Origin: Glaucostegus cemiculus | Lineage: Eukaryota | Length of the DNA stretch: 64,000 bases | Assembly (NCBI GenBank): GCA_976551045.1 | Contig: CDPCPM010000022.1 | Coordinates: 4,836,001-4,900,000 of the forward strand | Direction of reading: 5' to 3' | Part shown: positions 48,330 through 62,310 of the stretch, piece after piece | Layout: each line of letters starts with the position of its first letter | How positions within the stretch are numbered: the stretch's first letter is position 1 | The notes under the pieces: generated by a model | The model's database searches: none | What the model was told of the DNA's origin: nothing | The model's input: the letters and a program-made list of their open reading frames with translations, nothing else | Program-made: the position numbers and the translations under genes

Positions 48330-49950
48330 AAAGAGCTGTAAAAAATTACATCTTCTTCCCCTCCACTTCCCTCTCCTCTTCCACTTGATCTTCGGCCACA
48401 TGCTTTATACATAGAGGTGAAGTTTGTTTTTGCTTCATGATGATGAGGTTGTGCACATAGACAAGCACACCCTGAGATCCACTCAGCCAAGTCCTGCAGG
48501 GTTCCATCACATTGGCCTAGGCTGTGGAATTATTGATCCAATGACTAACTGGCTACTCTGTTGGATTTCTTGTGAAGGCATGGTTCTTATTGTTTCAATT
48601 CCGGGCAGGTGAATATACCTTGTGAATCAGACTCAGTGTGTTGAGGATGTCCTTCCAGGTTCCTAACATATTCAGCTGTGCAAGGTTAAAAGGTGGTATT
48701 TCCTGAAGCTTCAAAATGCCAGCAATGGTGTCCAATCAGGTTTGCAGTCAGACTGTGGTCATGGTCTACGTGGTTTCAGCAGTTGTTAACCACAGTCACC
48801 CAACATACATCTTGCTGATCCAATTCCCTTGGTTCCCCAATAGTCACATCCTGTCAACATCTCTTTACCAATATGGCATCTGACATGGTTCACATCAGCA
48901 GTATCCTTGCATGTCACAGAGACTATCTTAGAACCCTGAGGGGCTTTATGAAGTCCCAGAATTCAGCCTCTAATGCTCTCAATTTTGCCCTCTCTTTGTT
49001 CCTCCATCACAGCTCTTGAATGATTTCATAGTTTTCTCTGTGTTATCTCTAAAACTGGTCAAAATATTACTTTATGTGCAGAGTTGTTTCTGACAGCAGT
49101 TTGAATACCTCTTTTCTTTCTTTTTCAATATTTTTATTAATTCCAAATAAAAAGTACGAAACACATGAAACAAAGGAAAAACAAAACTATGTTACAAAAC
49201 AGATTGTATTGAATCACACTAGAAATCATTCTGCTTCATATTTATAAACAAAAATGATAACTAATTAGTATTGATAAATTGGAATAATTTTATTATAAAA
49301 AATCTAATTCCACTACCAAAACCAAAGCTGTTTAGTTAAATCCTAAAAACATAATAGTATTGACCAATATCTGTACTTTAAGCACCAAATCAGTGGTTTT
49401 GAAAGAGGTTCAAAAAAGGTCCCCTTAATATTTGAAAGTTCAGAATCAATCCAAAGAACACCTCTTTTTAACAAAACATTATTGTTTTGTTGACCTGGTT
49501 TAGCTTGAAACAATGTTTATGGCTCCTACTCCATTTGATAATTCATGTTTGTTGGCAGGTCCTTGAGAAAGTGAGTGTCAGCTGGCAGGATTGCTCCATC
49601 AGTGACATCCAGGCTTTATTGCTGTCTGCATTCCCACCAAAACATCCATGTTGACAGTATACAACTGCTGGGAAACCATGAGAATGGGCTCAGCAAAAGG
49701 TATGTGGAGTGACTTCGGTTAAGCAGGGGAGTAATGGAGTGTTAGGTGACGATGGGCGTGAGGACACTCAGGTGGTGAATAATGGAATATCTGCTTCAGG
49801 TGAGGCCAAAGGATTATGGAAGCCAGAGGAGCAGTTGTAATCCACCTGGCCCATAAAGGACCAAAGGGCTACCACCTTGTACTCCTGCCTGCAGTACCCT
49901 GTATGTTGGGATTGGTAAGGAAGATGTCACTGTTCCCCTGTTCAGGCATC
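48330..49950 (-). pseudogene. Harbinger/PIF (HARBI1-like) transposase relic, interrupted
   Basis: Minus strand in order: NCSSGF (~NFFASGSFQ), HGFPAV, then after insertions NKNHAFTR, DGTLQ and VHNL plus an acidic tail. Confidence 0.5.
49116..49455 (-). mobile_element. L1-clade 3' UTR fragment with ~13-bp target-site duplication
   Basis: Minus-strand end 'aataaaaatattgaaaaagaaag'. Flanks gaatacctctttt (49103-49115) and gaacacctctttt (49456-49468). Confidence 0.7.
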
Positions 49951-52900
49951 ATTTAAACTGCAGATGCTGTGAGTGGAACCCATTTTGCACTGTAATAACC
50001 TGGTAAAGAAACAAATGACTCCTCTACTCCTCTATTCCACTGTATCCAGACTCCCTCTCTCCCTTCTCTTGCAATTCCTATCTTATTTCTGTTGGGGTAG
50101 GGATAATTTCTCGGCCTCTTTTTTTCTAATTTTGCCTTGTGTACCTGGCACAATCCCATGGATCATTGTTAACATCCCATCCCCATCTTTCTCTTTTTTT
50201 TCTCAGTAGGCACTGCACTCAATATGCATCCTGAATAAAGCATTATTATGTTTCATTAGAATGGCTTGGGTTTAGATTCTACTAATTTTGCTTGCACTTT
50301 GTGGTGTGACTGTGTATTGAAAGTACTGAAGCTGGGCATTGCAGACATCTTTACCAATTATAAAGAAAATGTTATTATTTCAACCTATTAGCATTAACTC
50401 AAAATCACAGAACCGAATCTAGATCCCAGAGCCCAACTACAAAACAAAGCATATAAGATCACGAATTTTTCTTGCACATGAGTTTCTGGATCACATCACT
50501 GCCAATGTTCATTTTCTAACAGTAACTCATTGTTTACACTAAATGGATAGTAATAGGGATCAAACCTCAACAAATGACAGCAGTATTATTCAATATTTTA
50601 ATAATTGTGTTTCTGAAATGTAATAGTGTCATATTTGATTAATCTGATGGTATTGCTTTTCTCTGATTCACAATGAACAGCAGGCTTTAAGAAGTTTAAC
50701 ACCATTAATCTGAATAGTTATTTGCAGTGTTTATGCTTGATTGATCCCTATTATTCATCCATAACCATAATTCTGTAATATTAATTTTGTGGCATTTTCA
50801 TTAGAACAATCTACAAAGTATAAAAAGTAAAAGTGAACACAATAAGCATATGAAATGATGTGCTTCAAGAACAAATAGGACTGACAGCCAGCACAGTCAT
50901 CAGTCAAAAACATTACAAGTAATAATCAACAACGACACCAAATTTATACTTTTCTTTCTGTACACCTTCACTGATACATTAAGGATATTTAACTTGGCCA
51001 AAGTTCATGAGCAAAGTTATTCTGCAAAGAAATACAGGAGAAATATCTTCTGGAGTAACCAAAGTGCAATCAAAATTTTGGAAAAATAAAGATTCAATGG
51101 CAAAATGGAATGGTGTTAGAAGGCAAGCAAAGCATTTCCATTCTCAGCTTCTATCATCTACATATCCCCAGGACAATGCTACCTAAAGCAAGTGAATTGT
51201 TTAACTTAGACTATAATTACAAGGATATGAATACAAGAGTAACTTTTTTGTTTGAAGAGAAGCAATTCCAGAATTCTTTTAAATCTCTCCTACAATGTTT
51301 CATGTAACAGTGCAAAAACAGTGAGTGTTTCTTAAACCTCCTGGTGACTTCTACACTGCACTGGACCAGGAAGGCTGCCACTGTGCCAGTTTCCTCTCTC
51401 CTGATTTGCTTTTGTTTTAATTTCTTAGTATCTTTTATAATACTGAAAAAAAAAACCAGATGGATAAAGTTTTGTAACCCCGAATGTCGCCAAAATACTT
51501 CAGCCAAAGTCATGGTAATTCTGTGATCATCTGTTGTGCTTGAACATGGGAAATTTTAGTTTCTTTATGAAACGTCTGTTCTTTGGTTGAAAAGCTATAA
51601 TCTGAAAGAGCAGCCAAAGTCTTACAGCCCCTTTACGTTCACCTCATTTACTGTGATTGTTACTGGCAGACTCCGCACAAATGGTCATCTCACACCTTAT
51701 TAGCTCATGTAGTTTCCAAGTTTATATCACATTTTCTATAACATTGGCAGAGGTTTTTCATGAGACCAGCCATAGCAGATTGAAATTTGATGACTGACAT
51801 GCGATTTTTCAGTCACGATTATGCTGCAAGTATACACTAATCAAGAACATCATTGGCATTGGAGATCGGGGTATATTTGCAATTTTACCATCCAATATCA
51901 GTATCAAGTGCGCTATGGTTAGCACTGTGACAGTGAGCCAAATGGCAAAGGACACTTTGGCCTTCCACATTTCAAAAGCAATTCATTGACAGTTAGTTGC
52001 ATTAGGTTGATCTAAGTTGGTGTAAGGTTTTATAAGATTAAAAGATTTTCTTTATTTTTGAGTTCTACTGTTGCCTTCAGTGTAACTTGGTGGAGAACGT
52101 TTTGATGGTATCAGTTTATTTTTTTTTTCACTTAGCAAGGACTTTATTGGTGTTCTGCATGTTATTCTGCATGGAAAATCCTGTTTACATTTAATAATTT
52201 CACTATACCCTCAATAGGTTTGCATTTGTCTTCTGTCGAGGTTGGCCAACTGTCATTTTTGCAGTTGCTTAGAGACTCTTTGATGCTGGGATGAAAGCCT
52301 TTGTTCCATTTAATATTAGTTAACAGATCCAATCAGCGCTCTGCTAGAAATAAACCACCAATATGCCCATTCTTTAAATGACTACATACCAACTTGGTTA
52401 TCTATCAACATACAAGTTTATTGTTTTGTCTGCCGAAAGCTTACCGTGTGCAGTGACCATAGAATGACCCTCTTAAGAAAACTAAAGATGTCTGTCAGAG
52501 TTTAATAAACTGTTATGTTACTCTGGTTTATATAGGAATTTGAGGAGATGACAGGATTAGGATCAAAATGTCAGAAGCAGGCAGAGTGTAATATGCGTAT
52601 GTCATTTTTTTTTTACCTGCCAAGCTTGCTGTCCACTTTAATAGAATATTATTGGCTGAGTATGTTATGCTACCAACACAATTTTTTATCAGGGATACAC
52701 CAAGGACTTTTGCAATTTATTGGAATTACAATTCTGATCTTTTTTGACTTGTCTGACTTGTTCATCTTCAGAGAATAGTGAACTTTATGTGGTGTCATTT
52801 CAAATTAGAATGTTCACAGGAGTCTTGTAATGGGGCAGAACAGGTGCCATTTTAGTTCTCATGTTTGCCTTAGCCTTGTTCAAGTAGATTTTGGGTTAAT

Positions 52901-53299
52901 TTTAAATTTGTGTCCAACAATGGGCACATAAGAAATGTATTTGTTTGTACACCCACCCTCACATACCTACATAAAGTTCTGCTTCATTGACAGCCTCATT
53001 GGTTGCCAGCATGCTGTGAGTACCAAGTAAGTGTTCCATTCAGACTTGATTGGTTTCCTTTGTGTGCTGGCTGCTGAGTCAGGCCAGAATGAGCTGGGGT
53101 AGTATCTTGGATTCAGAAAAGGTCAGGGTTTTGGAACCCCAGGAGAAGTCTGAATGTTCTTTTTAAAGCTAACAAACCAGTTCTTACAAGTCACCTTGTG
53201 AATGGCCTCTGTGAACAACTGAGAAGCATTGGTATAGTCTGTGTGACTCATGCCATCCATTTTTAACATAACTTTGTAGTCAGCATCCTCCAACTAGGA

Positions 53300-53950
53300 T
53301 AAAGCTGAAATTTGATTGTGCAAATTATAGGTTCCAGTCTTGGGAGTCTCTGACTGCCTAATGTGTCTCCCTAATTTCCAATTTCTGGTTACACACTGTT
53401 ATGATGAGATAGAGGTGACCATTAAATGAGCATCCCAACCTTTATTTATAAGATAATGTATGGAAAGATGTACTTCATTTCTGAATGAAGGGTTGAGACC
53501 ATTTGGAGCTAAGTGGGATGCTGGGTTTGTATACAGCAAGAGTTCTGGTCTCCCTATTAGTTCATAAGTACTTAAAGAATACATGAGTAGCCATATATGT
53601 GCACAACATCAACTTGTTCCCACCTCCCAAAAACAGACACATTTAATTCTTGAGCTGGAAGGTTGTCCTCTGAAATCAGGACAATGAAGGCAAGACAAGT
53701 GATAACTGAGTTGTCAGCTGTCCATCCCGTAATTTGAACAGTCTTTTGGAGACTGTACTGTCTTTACTGTGAGGTGGATTATTCCTGAGACAGCTTTCAC
53801 TTCGTGTTCATGCCATTATTCAGTAATGTATTGGCTCCTGTTCCTCTACATTCCTCTGCCAGAAAGCCTGTTCTATAGGACGACTATCAATCTTTGTCAG
53901 CCCAGAATACAGCTCTTGCATCACACCTATCTATTTCACATGGCCTCTTC
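53300..53950 (-). pseudogene. piggyBac-type transposase relic
   Basis: Collinear decayed motifs across frames: GLT...P...FW; IMA*TR...IIHL; FRG...LKN*M; RW/KLMLC...GY; NKG. Confidence 0.4.
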
Positions 53951-55249
53951 TGAACCTACCAGGCAGCTGAGAGATGCCACAACTATTCCATAATGCAAAA
54001 TAGCTATCCAAAATTATGAATATCCTACTCTGATATATCAGTGACCCTTGTCTATGTTGTTCAAACTAGAGTAAGATTATCTTTAAGATTTCTCAGAAGG
54101 ACAACCATCCAGACAGAAGACTTTCTTCTCTCTTTTAACTAGTTCAGACACACACCAACCCTTCTATATTGTAGTAACTAGTAGATGTCATGAATATTCT
54201 GCTTCCAGAATCATAATTAAAACATTTGAACACTGTAGTGACAATCCCCCTCCCCCTCTCCTGATTGCAGTTGCATTTAGATGCCACTCTCAGACTGCAG
54301 TTCTAACTGTACTATCATTTCTGTTATTTGAAGTCACTTAGCAATTTGTTCATAATTCATCAAGAAAATCTGTGTATGATCTTTATTTTTGTGTCACAAT
54401 ATTTTATAGTTTTTTAGTAAGATATCTGTGGAGAAATAAAGAGTTGTTTATCCACTGACATGTAATCTGAGTGAATGGGATTTCTGTAGAGAACATGAAA
54501 GGGTTTTATGGAATGAGCAATCCAGCAAATTTACTTAACTAATTTTTTCAATAACATACATTATATAGCTCATGGAAAACAAACTATTTCAAACTTTCCT
54601 TTAAGCAGACAGTAGCTGCACCTGTAGGAAGTTATGGATTGAATGGATTATTGTCCAACTTGACATAAAACAGGGAGCAATATCAAACATAAGCGGCATA
54701 CACATCTGGAGTTTTAGAAAAGCAAGCTCAAATAAAATGTCATTAGTGGTGTAACAACCACTTCATCTTTAACTGGCTGTCGACCTCACAGTGCACTCGC
54801 TGTTTGTTTGCTGTTCCCATAACTACTGTTAATGGTTATAGTCTTTGTTTCATGTTGGTGGGTCTGAAAGCACATATGATGCCAACACTTGGTACTGCTT
54901 CTTCAAATGATACTTTGTTGTTTTTATTCTCTACATTTCACTTTCAATAACAACTTCTCCGCAACTTATTTTTTTTTATTCAAAAGAAGTTATTTTACCG
55001 GAGTGTCTCTTGAAGTATTTTTGTAAAATCAGTGCTGTAAAGTCATAGTGTGTGCATGTACAAGGGAGGGAATAAATGGAATTTGACCTTGGGAGAAGAT
55101 ATTCACACTCAACATAAAAATGAGGTCCCGAACTGCAACACGGGAGGACATGCACGCTAAAAAGCAAAAAAAAAGTTTGCGATAGACAGAGCTAATCAAT
55201 CTTAGAACCAGCCGATCAGATCAAAGCACTGAAGATCTGCCAAATCCAG

Positions 55250-55440
55250 ATCGACAATTAACAAGTGATAGGAAGAGGCCCCAAGAGTATCTTTACCCTC
55301 AATGATGGTGAGGCTCAGCTTCAGAATGCCAAAAAATGAAGCAACTGCAACCATGTTCAGTCAGAACTGCTGATTTAGATGACCAATTTCCCCCTCCTGA
55401 AATACCTGCTCTCTTAGAATCCAGTCTTCATCAACTTTGT
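55250..55440 (+). mobile_element. LINE internal fragment, probably the upstream part of the 56990-57595 element
   Basis: 'ccctcaatgatggtgaggctcagc...gcaaccatgttcagtcagaactgc...gatgacc' recognised as a chondrichthyan CR1/L2-group ORF2 segment. Confidence 0.5.
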
Positions 55441-55443
55441 TTC

Positions 55444-55583
55444 CATAGAACCATAGAACAGTACAGCACAATACAGGCCCTTCAGCCCACCATGTTGTGC
55501 TGCCTTCCAAACCACACCCAAGAATATCTAACCCCTTCCTCCCACGTATCCCTCTATCTTAAATTCCTCCATATGCTTATCCA
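55444..55583 (-). mobile_element. CR1 3' tail
   Basis: 'catagaaccatagaacagtacagcacaatacaggcccttcagcccac' is the reverse complement of the tail at 47185-47235. Confidence 0.85.
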
Positions 55584-55721
55584 ACGAATAACAAGTAAAT
55601 TTATAAAAAAAATCTTGTGGGTGCTAAAAACGTGAAATGTAAGTGGAAAAGGTTGGAAATAATCTTCAGATCCTGTAGCATCTATGAAGAGAGAAACCAA
55701 TTAACATAACACTGTGACAAA

Positions 55722-55882
55722 NNNNNNNNNNNNNNNNNNNNNNNNNNNNNNNNNNNNNNNNNNNNNNNNNNNNNNNNNNNNNNNNNNNNNNNNNNNNNNN
55801 NNNNNNNNNNNNNNNNNNNNNNNNNNNNNNNNNNNNNNNNNNNNNNNNNNNNNNNNNNNNNNNNNNNNNNNNNNNNNNNNNN
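55722..55882. other. Assembly gap (161 N)
   Basis: Run of N. Confidence 1.
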
Positions 55883-56505
55883 TAAAACTGTTCAACATAC
55901 TCCAATTACCTTAAATATAAGCCAACAGACGGGTATAGGGTTGCAGCTAAAGTTAAACCGCAGTAGCTTATCGCAGAAGAACAGAACAAAGTTTCCATTG
56001 GTGGATAAGGAGAATCATCAGTCTGTGCTCTTCAGGATGAGGCACAAAGGGATATCTCACCATGGGCCATATGCTGTGCATCTTTGCACTAGTTTATTAA
56101 ATAAAAGCCACACACGCTAAGCAAAAGTTTTACACCACATCACTGTTAAGCATTGCTTCAACTGCAGATTTGGCTTTCCTTACTGCAAATTCGGTAGCGT
56201 TAGTTTTGCGGGCACCAATCAAGCTCAATGAATACTCTTCCAACAACTGAGTGAAGGAAGGTTGTGCAATTCAAGCTGAATTGATTTTCTGCATTCTGCA
56301 GGAACAGTTTTGGTTAGGTTGCTAATTAACACTACACTCAAACAATGTAATTAGGCTTAGTTTGTTGAGAATAAATTGCAAAAAAAAATGAAGTGCAAAC
56401 AATTCTTTGTGTAACCCGATGTCTAATTCCATCCAATGTTCCTATGACAAGCCTTGGGACATTTTACTTTGATAAAGGCACTATAGAAATGCAAGTTTTT
56501 GATTC

Positions 56506-56690
56506 AGACATGCTGGTAGGTTAATTGGTTCCTACAATTTACTTCAAAGTAGGTGAGTGTAAAAAAGAATCAAAGGATAATTGATGGGCATGTGAGAGAG
56601 ACTAATTTGCAGATCTACAGGGAAATTAGGAGGGGGAATGGGGTTATTCTGTTGAGAACTGCCATGAACTGGATGGGCCAAATGGTCTCA
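56506..56690 (+). mobile_element. V-SINE 3' half with CR1-type tail
   Basis: 'agacatgctggtaggttaattgg...gccatgaactggatgggccaaatgg'. Confidence 0.6.
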
Positions 56691-56989
56691 TAGTAAAAAA
56701 AGGCTTCTTATTATAAAATTAACAGACTGAAATCTAAAAGCAGGAAGTGAGGGATGAGGGCAAAGTGGGAACAAGCAAGTGGAAAAACATTAAATTAATC
56801 TACTTTAATTGTGTAAATTTATAACCCATTAGATTAGTAAATAGAACGTTACATGGATTGGGCAGATAAACAACAGTGCTACTCCTTTCAAACCAAGATT
56901 CATTGAAACACAGGAACCAAGAGTTTATATTTTAAAGTGATCGGCAGATGTGCTAAATTACACCACTGGATGTCTTCAGGGATTAATTT

Positions 56990-57595
56990 CAACCAAGTTT
57001 CATTCCTCATGATGTCATGAAAAAAGAACAACACATTCAATCTGGCTGATAGTTGTCCATTTAATCTACTTTTAATTAACAGTAAAGTGAGGCAGTGAAA
57101 AGTGATGGAAGGTGTGGTTGGCAGTGCTATCAAGCAGCAACAACCTGTTCACTGATGCCCAGTTTGTTCACCAGGAACACTCTGCTCCAGTGTTCATCAC
57201 AGCTGTGGTCCAGAAAGCAGCATACTTGATTGACACCTCGTCCACCACCCTGAATATTCACTCCCTCAGCCACCAGTGAATAGCAGCTGCAATGTGCACC
57301 ATTGATAAAATGTACTACAGTTGATAGCACTCAAGGGAAGCAGCACATAAGATCACCAATATCTGCAAAGTTCCATTTAAGTAACATACCATTCTGGCAT
57401 TTAAGTGCATAATTTGTCCTTCATTGTCACTGGTTCTAAATTCTGGAGCTTTCTACCCAATAAACAATGAGAATACCTTGATTACAAGGGCTTCAGTGGT
57501 TCAAGAAGGCAGCTCACCAGTACTTTCTCAAGGACAATTGGTTACGCAATAGATGCAGGCTTTGCCACTGATGTCCACATCCTGTAAAAAATGAG
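56990..57595 (+). mobile_element. CR1/L2-group LINE, internally deleted, with 3' end
   Basis: 'gatgcccagtttg' (QFGF-like), 'attcactccctc', 'cagtggttcaagaaggcagctcacca...ttgccactgatgtccacatcc'. Confidence 0.65.
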
Positions 57596-59134
57596 CACTA
57601 TAAATAAAGCTTATTAAAGGGATACAAATGAGACTTTTCAGGTAAGATTGTCTGGCCATGAGGGAGATGTAACTAAGCATATTAGAGCAATATGAAATGA
57701 ACAGTGCACAATTTGATAAAACTTTAAAATTAATTAATTATACTCTATAAAATTTATCAGATCGACAGAAGTGTGGCTATGACTGATGTGAATATAAGTT
57801 AAGTAATAAAAATGATAATTCCTTTTGGATGGAGCAATGACAGCTGTTAACAGCAAAGCTCTTAGCTGCCAACACAGAAGGGTACACATTTGAAATCAAA
57901 TTGTCTACAATATAGATTCATGTTGTTTTAGCTAGTGATAAAATTATAATAGGACTGGGTGCTGCATCTCAAATTGTAATAGACATTATGGCAGTTTACT
58001 GACAGTTCTGGCCTCTCTAATCAATAAAACAACACAATGGACTGCAAAGGGATATGTATGTAGGATCAGGGGATGGGGATGCACAGGTTAAAGGAGACTG
58101 GTTGGGAGACGAGTTTTTGGGGATTTGTTAGAAGATAGAAATAGGGATGAATGTGGCAAGACCAGAATATAAAACATCATCTGTATTCCTTGTATTTAAA
58201 ACTTTTGGAAAAGGTATAGGTAGGAATATCTCAGGTGCTGAAGGAGACTAGAGAAGAGGTTAGTGGGCTCTGGCAATCAACATAAGAGAGTGCCTCTATA
58301 CTGAGGACATATCCATGTGGTACCCATTTTCAGAAAGGGAATAAAATGGTAAAAATCAATAACAGACATGTCAGTTTTAGTTCTGATTTTTAAACAATAA
58401 TGGAATTGATTATCAGGTGGGTACTTGAATATCTGTACAAAATAACTTTTATTAAACCATGTGATTAATAAAAGAATAAAGTCAGAAAATGAATAAACTA
58501 ACAATTGACTTTAATCCACTCGGTCTAAATTTTCTGCCTTGTATTTGCACAAGATCTATATGGAATTTATGTCACTTTATGTGCCAGATTTGCCAGCAAA
58601 GTAAGTGTCCTTGAGCTCCTCTGGTAACATCAATAAAACAATGGAAAGATAGATACTGTATGGGAAGTTCACAACCCATATTAATTTGAGTTTGGCCTAA
58701 CATAAATTTGAGAACAGTCTGCATCACACTCTCTTTTTTCTTTAGCCTACAGATTTGGCTTGCATGTCTGTGTATTTGCCAGCTTTGCTTTTGGAATTGG
58801 AAAACTGATATTCCCCAGACCCTAGCTCAGCAACTTTCCTTGCAACTCAGCCCAATTTTGAGTTAGACTGCCCTCACCCTTCCTGTTCCACCGTTCCTAA
58901 CTATCTGTCCTTTCATTACCAGCCCAACCCTCTTCCATTACAAAATGCTGTTGTCTTTTGCACCTCAGCATCAGAACCTACTGCTTCTTATTTATATTTC
59001 AAACATATCATTGTGTGCTTAAATAATTGGTTAAAAAGAATCTATTGCCACAGGTTACGTGCAGAAATCAAAGAAATTCATGTGCACTGGTTCTTGGTGT
59101 GACGTGGCACTATGCGAATGAGAAGCAGATATGT

Positions 59135-59383
59135 TAAGATAAGATCTTTATTAGTCACATGTACATCAAAAGACACAGTGAAATACATCTTTTGCGTAGT
59201 GATTTTGGGGGGCAGCCTGCAAATGTCACCATGCTTCTGGCGCCAACAGAGCACGCCCAAATTCCTAACCTGTCCGCCTTTGGAATGTGGGAGGAAACCG
59301 GAGCACCCAGAGGAAACCCACACAGACATGGGGAGAACATACAAACTCTTTACAGACAGTGGCCGGATTTGAACCTGGGTCGC
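59135..59383 (-). mobile_element. SINE family A, 5'-truncated
   Basis: Reverse complement of the 18590 SINE from the tail to the B box. Confidence 0.92.
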
Positions 59384-60929
59384 AAAAGCAAATGATCATT
59401 CAAATTCCCATGGTTAAATCTTCACCTAACCAGTGATGCAAGAATTTTCCTACTGCAAAAACACAAATTTCTGCTATTATTATAGTTGCATCAAAAGATT
59501 TCAGGAAATTCAGAGCATAGCCACTAAAGAGAATGTATAAATCTCACTCTAATGCATTGGAACTAAGTACCTGAGAAACTACTCTCCATTGAAGAGTACT
59601 TATTAAAACGTTAAAGGCACATCTTTATTCTGCAATAAACCACTGGTCAGTTATTATCAAGCTAATTGAATTTACTTAATGGGTAATAATGTCAGCAGCC
59701 CTGTTAAATGACAGAATTTCCTCTTCAATAATGCATTTTAATTGACTAGTTTCATTTGTACAATCATTATTAGGACATTACACTACTTACTTTTACAATT
59801 AATGTCACTATGTTAGTCTATAAATTTTATAAGTATGCGTATCTCATCTGGGACATTATTCACCAACTTTGTTATGTTCAATTATTGACACTTTGTTAAT
59901 CCCCATATTGTATGTAATGAGTTCTGGTGTGTATATTATTGTTGATTGATCTTTAAGCAAAGTGGATTTTGCTATCAAATTTTGCATTCTTAATCAGATT
60001 GTGATAATTTCCATTTGTTCCCATGTGAAAATTGCAGCTGTTGCAAGAAGATGATATCACTGCATTAACCCTGTGGGTTTATGATAGCAAATTGCCATCA
60101 TATCCAAAAATAATACAATACCAAAGCAAAGTTTTATTTATTCAGTTTCTTCAGAGACATTCATTTCAATGTGTTGCATATGTTTTAACAGGAGGTTATA
60201 TAACTGAAGACTAAGGTTCCCTTTACTACAAGAAATCAATCAAACAGCACCACATTAGCACTCTTCACTAGCAAAAAGACATTAATGATATAGGAAATAC
60301 ACAGTTCTGTCTAAAACTTCAGAAGAAAAGATACCTGTGTTAGTGCACACTGCATTTTGAAAGTTGACTTTGACAAGTGTATGGTTTTCAAACAAGCTTA
60401 GGTCAAATGCTTTGCAATGATAAAAGGCTATTGATTCCATCAAATTTAAGCCCTTCTCTGACTTCTAGTTGTTTTCTTTAGGTAGATTCAGCTTCTTGGA
60501 TCTGAATTTTGGAATATTTGTTAAGGCTAAGCAGAAGTTCAGATGCTTCCTGCTGATGCATGTTTTTCTAGACTAAAGCAAATGTGAACACATCTCCCTG
60601 CTGCAACATAACTGAAAATTTATCTTTTTGTACATCATAATTTATGCTTTCCTCTACCCTAACAAAAGTCATTATTTTCAAATTTACATTCATCGTAATG
60701 ACAGTATTGTTTGCAGTGGAATATCTCCTGACTTTAAAAAAACATTTCCACTTATCTTAGAGCACAGCCATGTGAGCTGCAGTATGATGCAGATGGTGTA
60801 ACTCTTCCTCAGTTTCATATAGACCAATTTGTTGGAATAAAAGCAGTTAATCTATGGAAACACAAAGTGTGGGTTTCTTAACTTTATTATAAAATCTATT
60901 GTTTTTCAACACCTATATTAAACTGTTCT

Positions 60930-61720
60930 TTCCATTGGAAAACCATCTGGAGGTATTTCACAGAGCCATAGTCCATACATGGAGTGAAAAAAAAACAGGA
61001 GAAGTACACAAGATGCTGGAGACAGAAGTGTCCAGGGTTGGGAGAGAGTTATGTTATCCTGAAGAACAGTACAGAAGCAGGAAGAAGTCAGCTTTTGAAT
61101 TCACCTCAACGTGAGGTATGAATTGTGAATTAAAGATGTTAGGGACTGGGGAACTAATTTAGATCAACGCGGACACAGATATATGAATGGGACTCATTGT
61201 GTGACACAATAGGAAAAAAAACCAGTAAGAGTATATATATGAGTTAACATTTCTAAAGGTAAATGATAGGATAGTCCAGTTTGGAGGTGCCAAAGGCATA
61301 AATGAGCATATTACTGTCAAATGGTTGAGGAGGGGATAATATCAGGTAACGAGACTGCAGATACTGGAATCCGGAGCAACCCACAAAGCACTAGAGGAGC
61401 TCAGCAGGTCATGCAGCAACTATGAAGGGAAATGGATGAAAGGTCTTGAACTGAAACATTGACTGTCCATTTCCCTCCATAGATGCTGCATGAACTGCAA
61501 TGTTCTGGATTTGACAGTCTATGCGATAGCTTGGAACCTCAGCAGTTGGTGGAATTGGATTCTGATCTTGCATACGATCTTGTTCAGCCTGAAATGTGGC
61601 TGAGCAATGGGTTGAGCTGATGACATGGAAACTGAATTCAATCATAAGGTCTTGATCTCCCCAATGTTCAGATGGAGCAAGCTGAGGCTCAGACTGGAAA
61701 GAAGGGATAAATTCAGCTTT
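60930..61720 (-). mobile_element. L2-type LINE remnant, interrupted by a Penelope hairpin
   Basis: 'atagtccagtttggaggtgccaaaggcataaatgagc' parallels 20735-20768. Confidence 0.45.
61351..61498. mobile_element. Penelope pLTR inverted pair enclosing a hammerhead remnant
   Basis: 33-bp arms 61404-61436 and 61466-61498 with 3 mismatches. The spacer contains 'tgaaaggtcttgaactgaaacattgactg'. Confidence 0.85.
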
Positions 61721-62310
61721 CCTCCAGCACCACCTGACATCACACCTGACACCCACTACATGTAATAGGACTAAGAAGATGTAGATAATGGTCAATTTGT
61801 ACCCCTCAGTAACCTTCACAATATATGTTTTCCTGTTGTTGAACTCAACTGCACCTGGGGGTTTTAATTGATGAAGTTATTTCCCAGTGACATTGGGATC
61901 TGTGCACAGTTTTACAAGCAAGCCTAACTAAGGACCAGACATTGAAAGCTAATAGCAGCAAGGATCTTAGCCATTGGAGAATCAACAAAGTGATTTATTT
62001 TTAAAAAACACCTTCCCTGTGGAAAGATCTAGAGGGTTTTCTTCAACTTTCTTTGTCCTCATTACCTGCTCCTAGGCTAGCACAGGGGTTGGGGAACCCT
62101 ACCTCCAACCCCTCAGCCTTGTCACAGACCATTTCTATGCCTGTTGACTTGATTCTGGAACACTTTGTCCACAGACAGTAAAACTATTCTTGTTAGCTTC
62201 TAGGTGGGGCCAGTATCAGGGTAAGTAAATGAGGCCTGGGGGTTAAAATCTCTAGTAGGCCATGTGGTTTTTTTGCCCATGCCACATTTCTGAGTTTTTG
62301 CTCTGGTTAA

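Noticed and set aside
55666-55914. ORFs spanning the N run
   Set aside because: Artefacts of the assembly gap.
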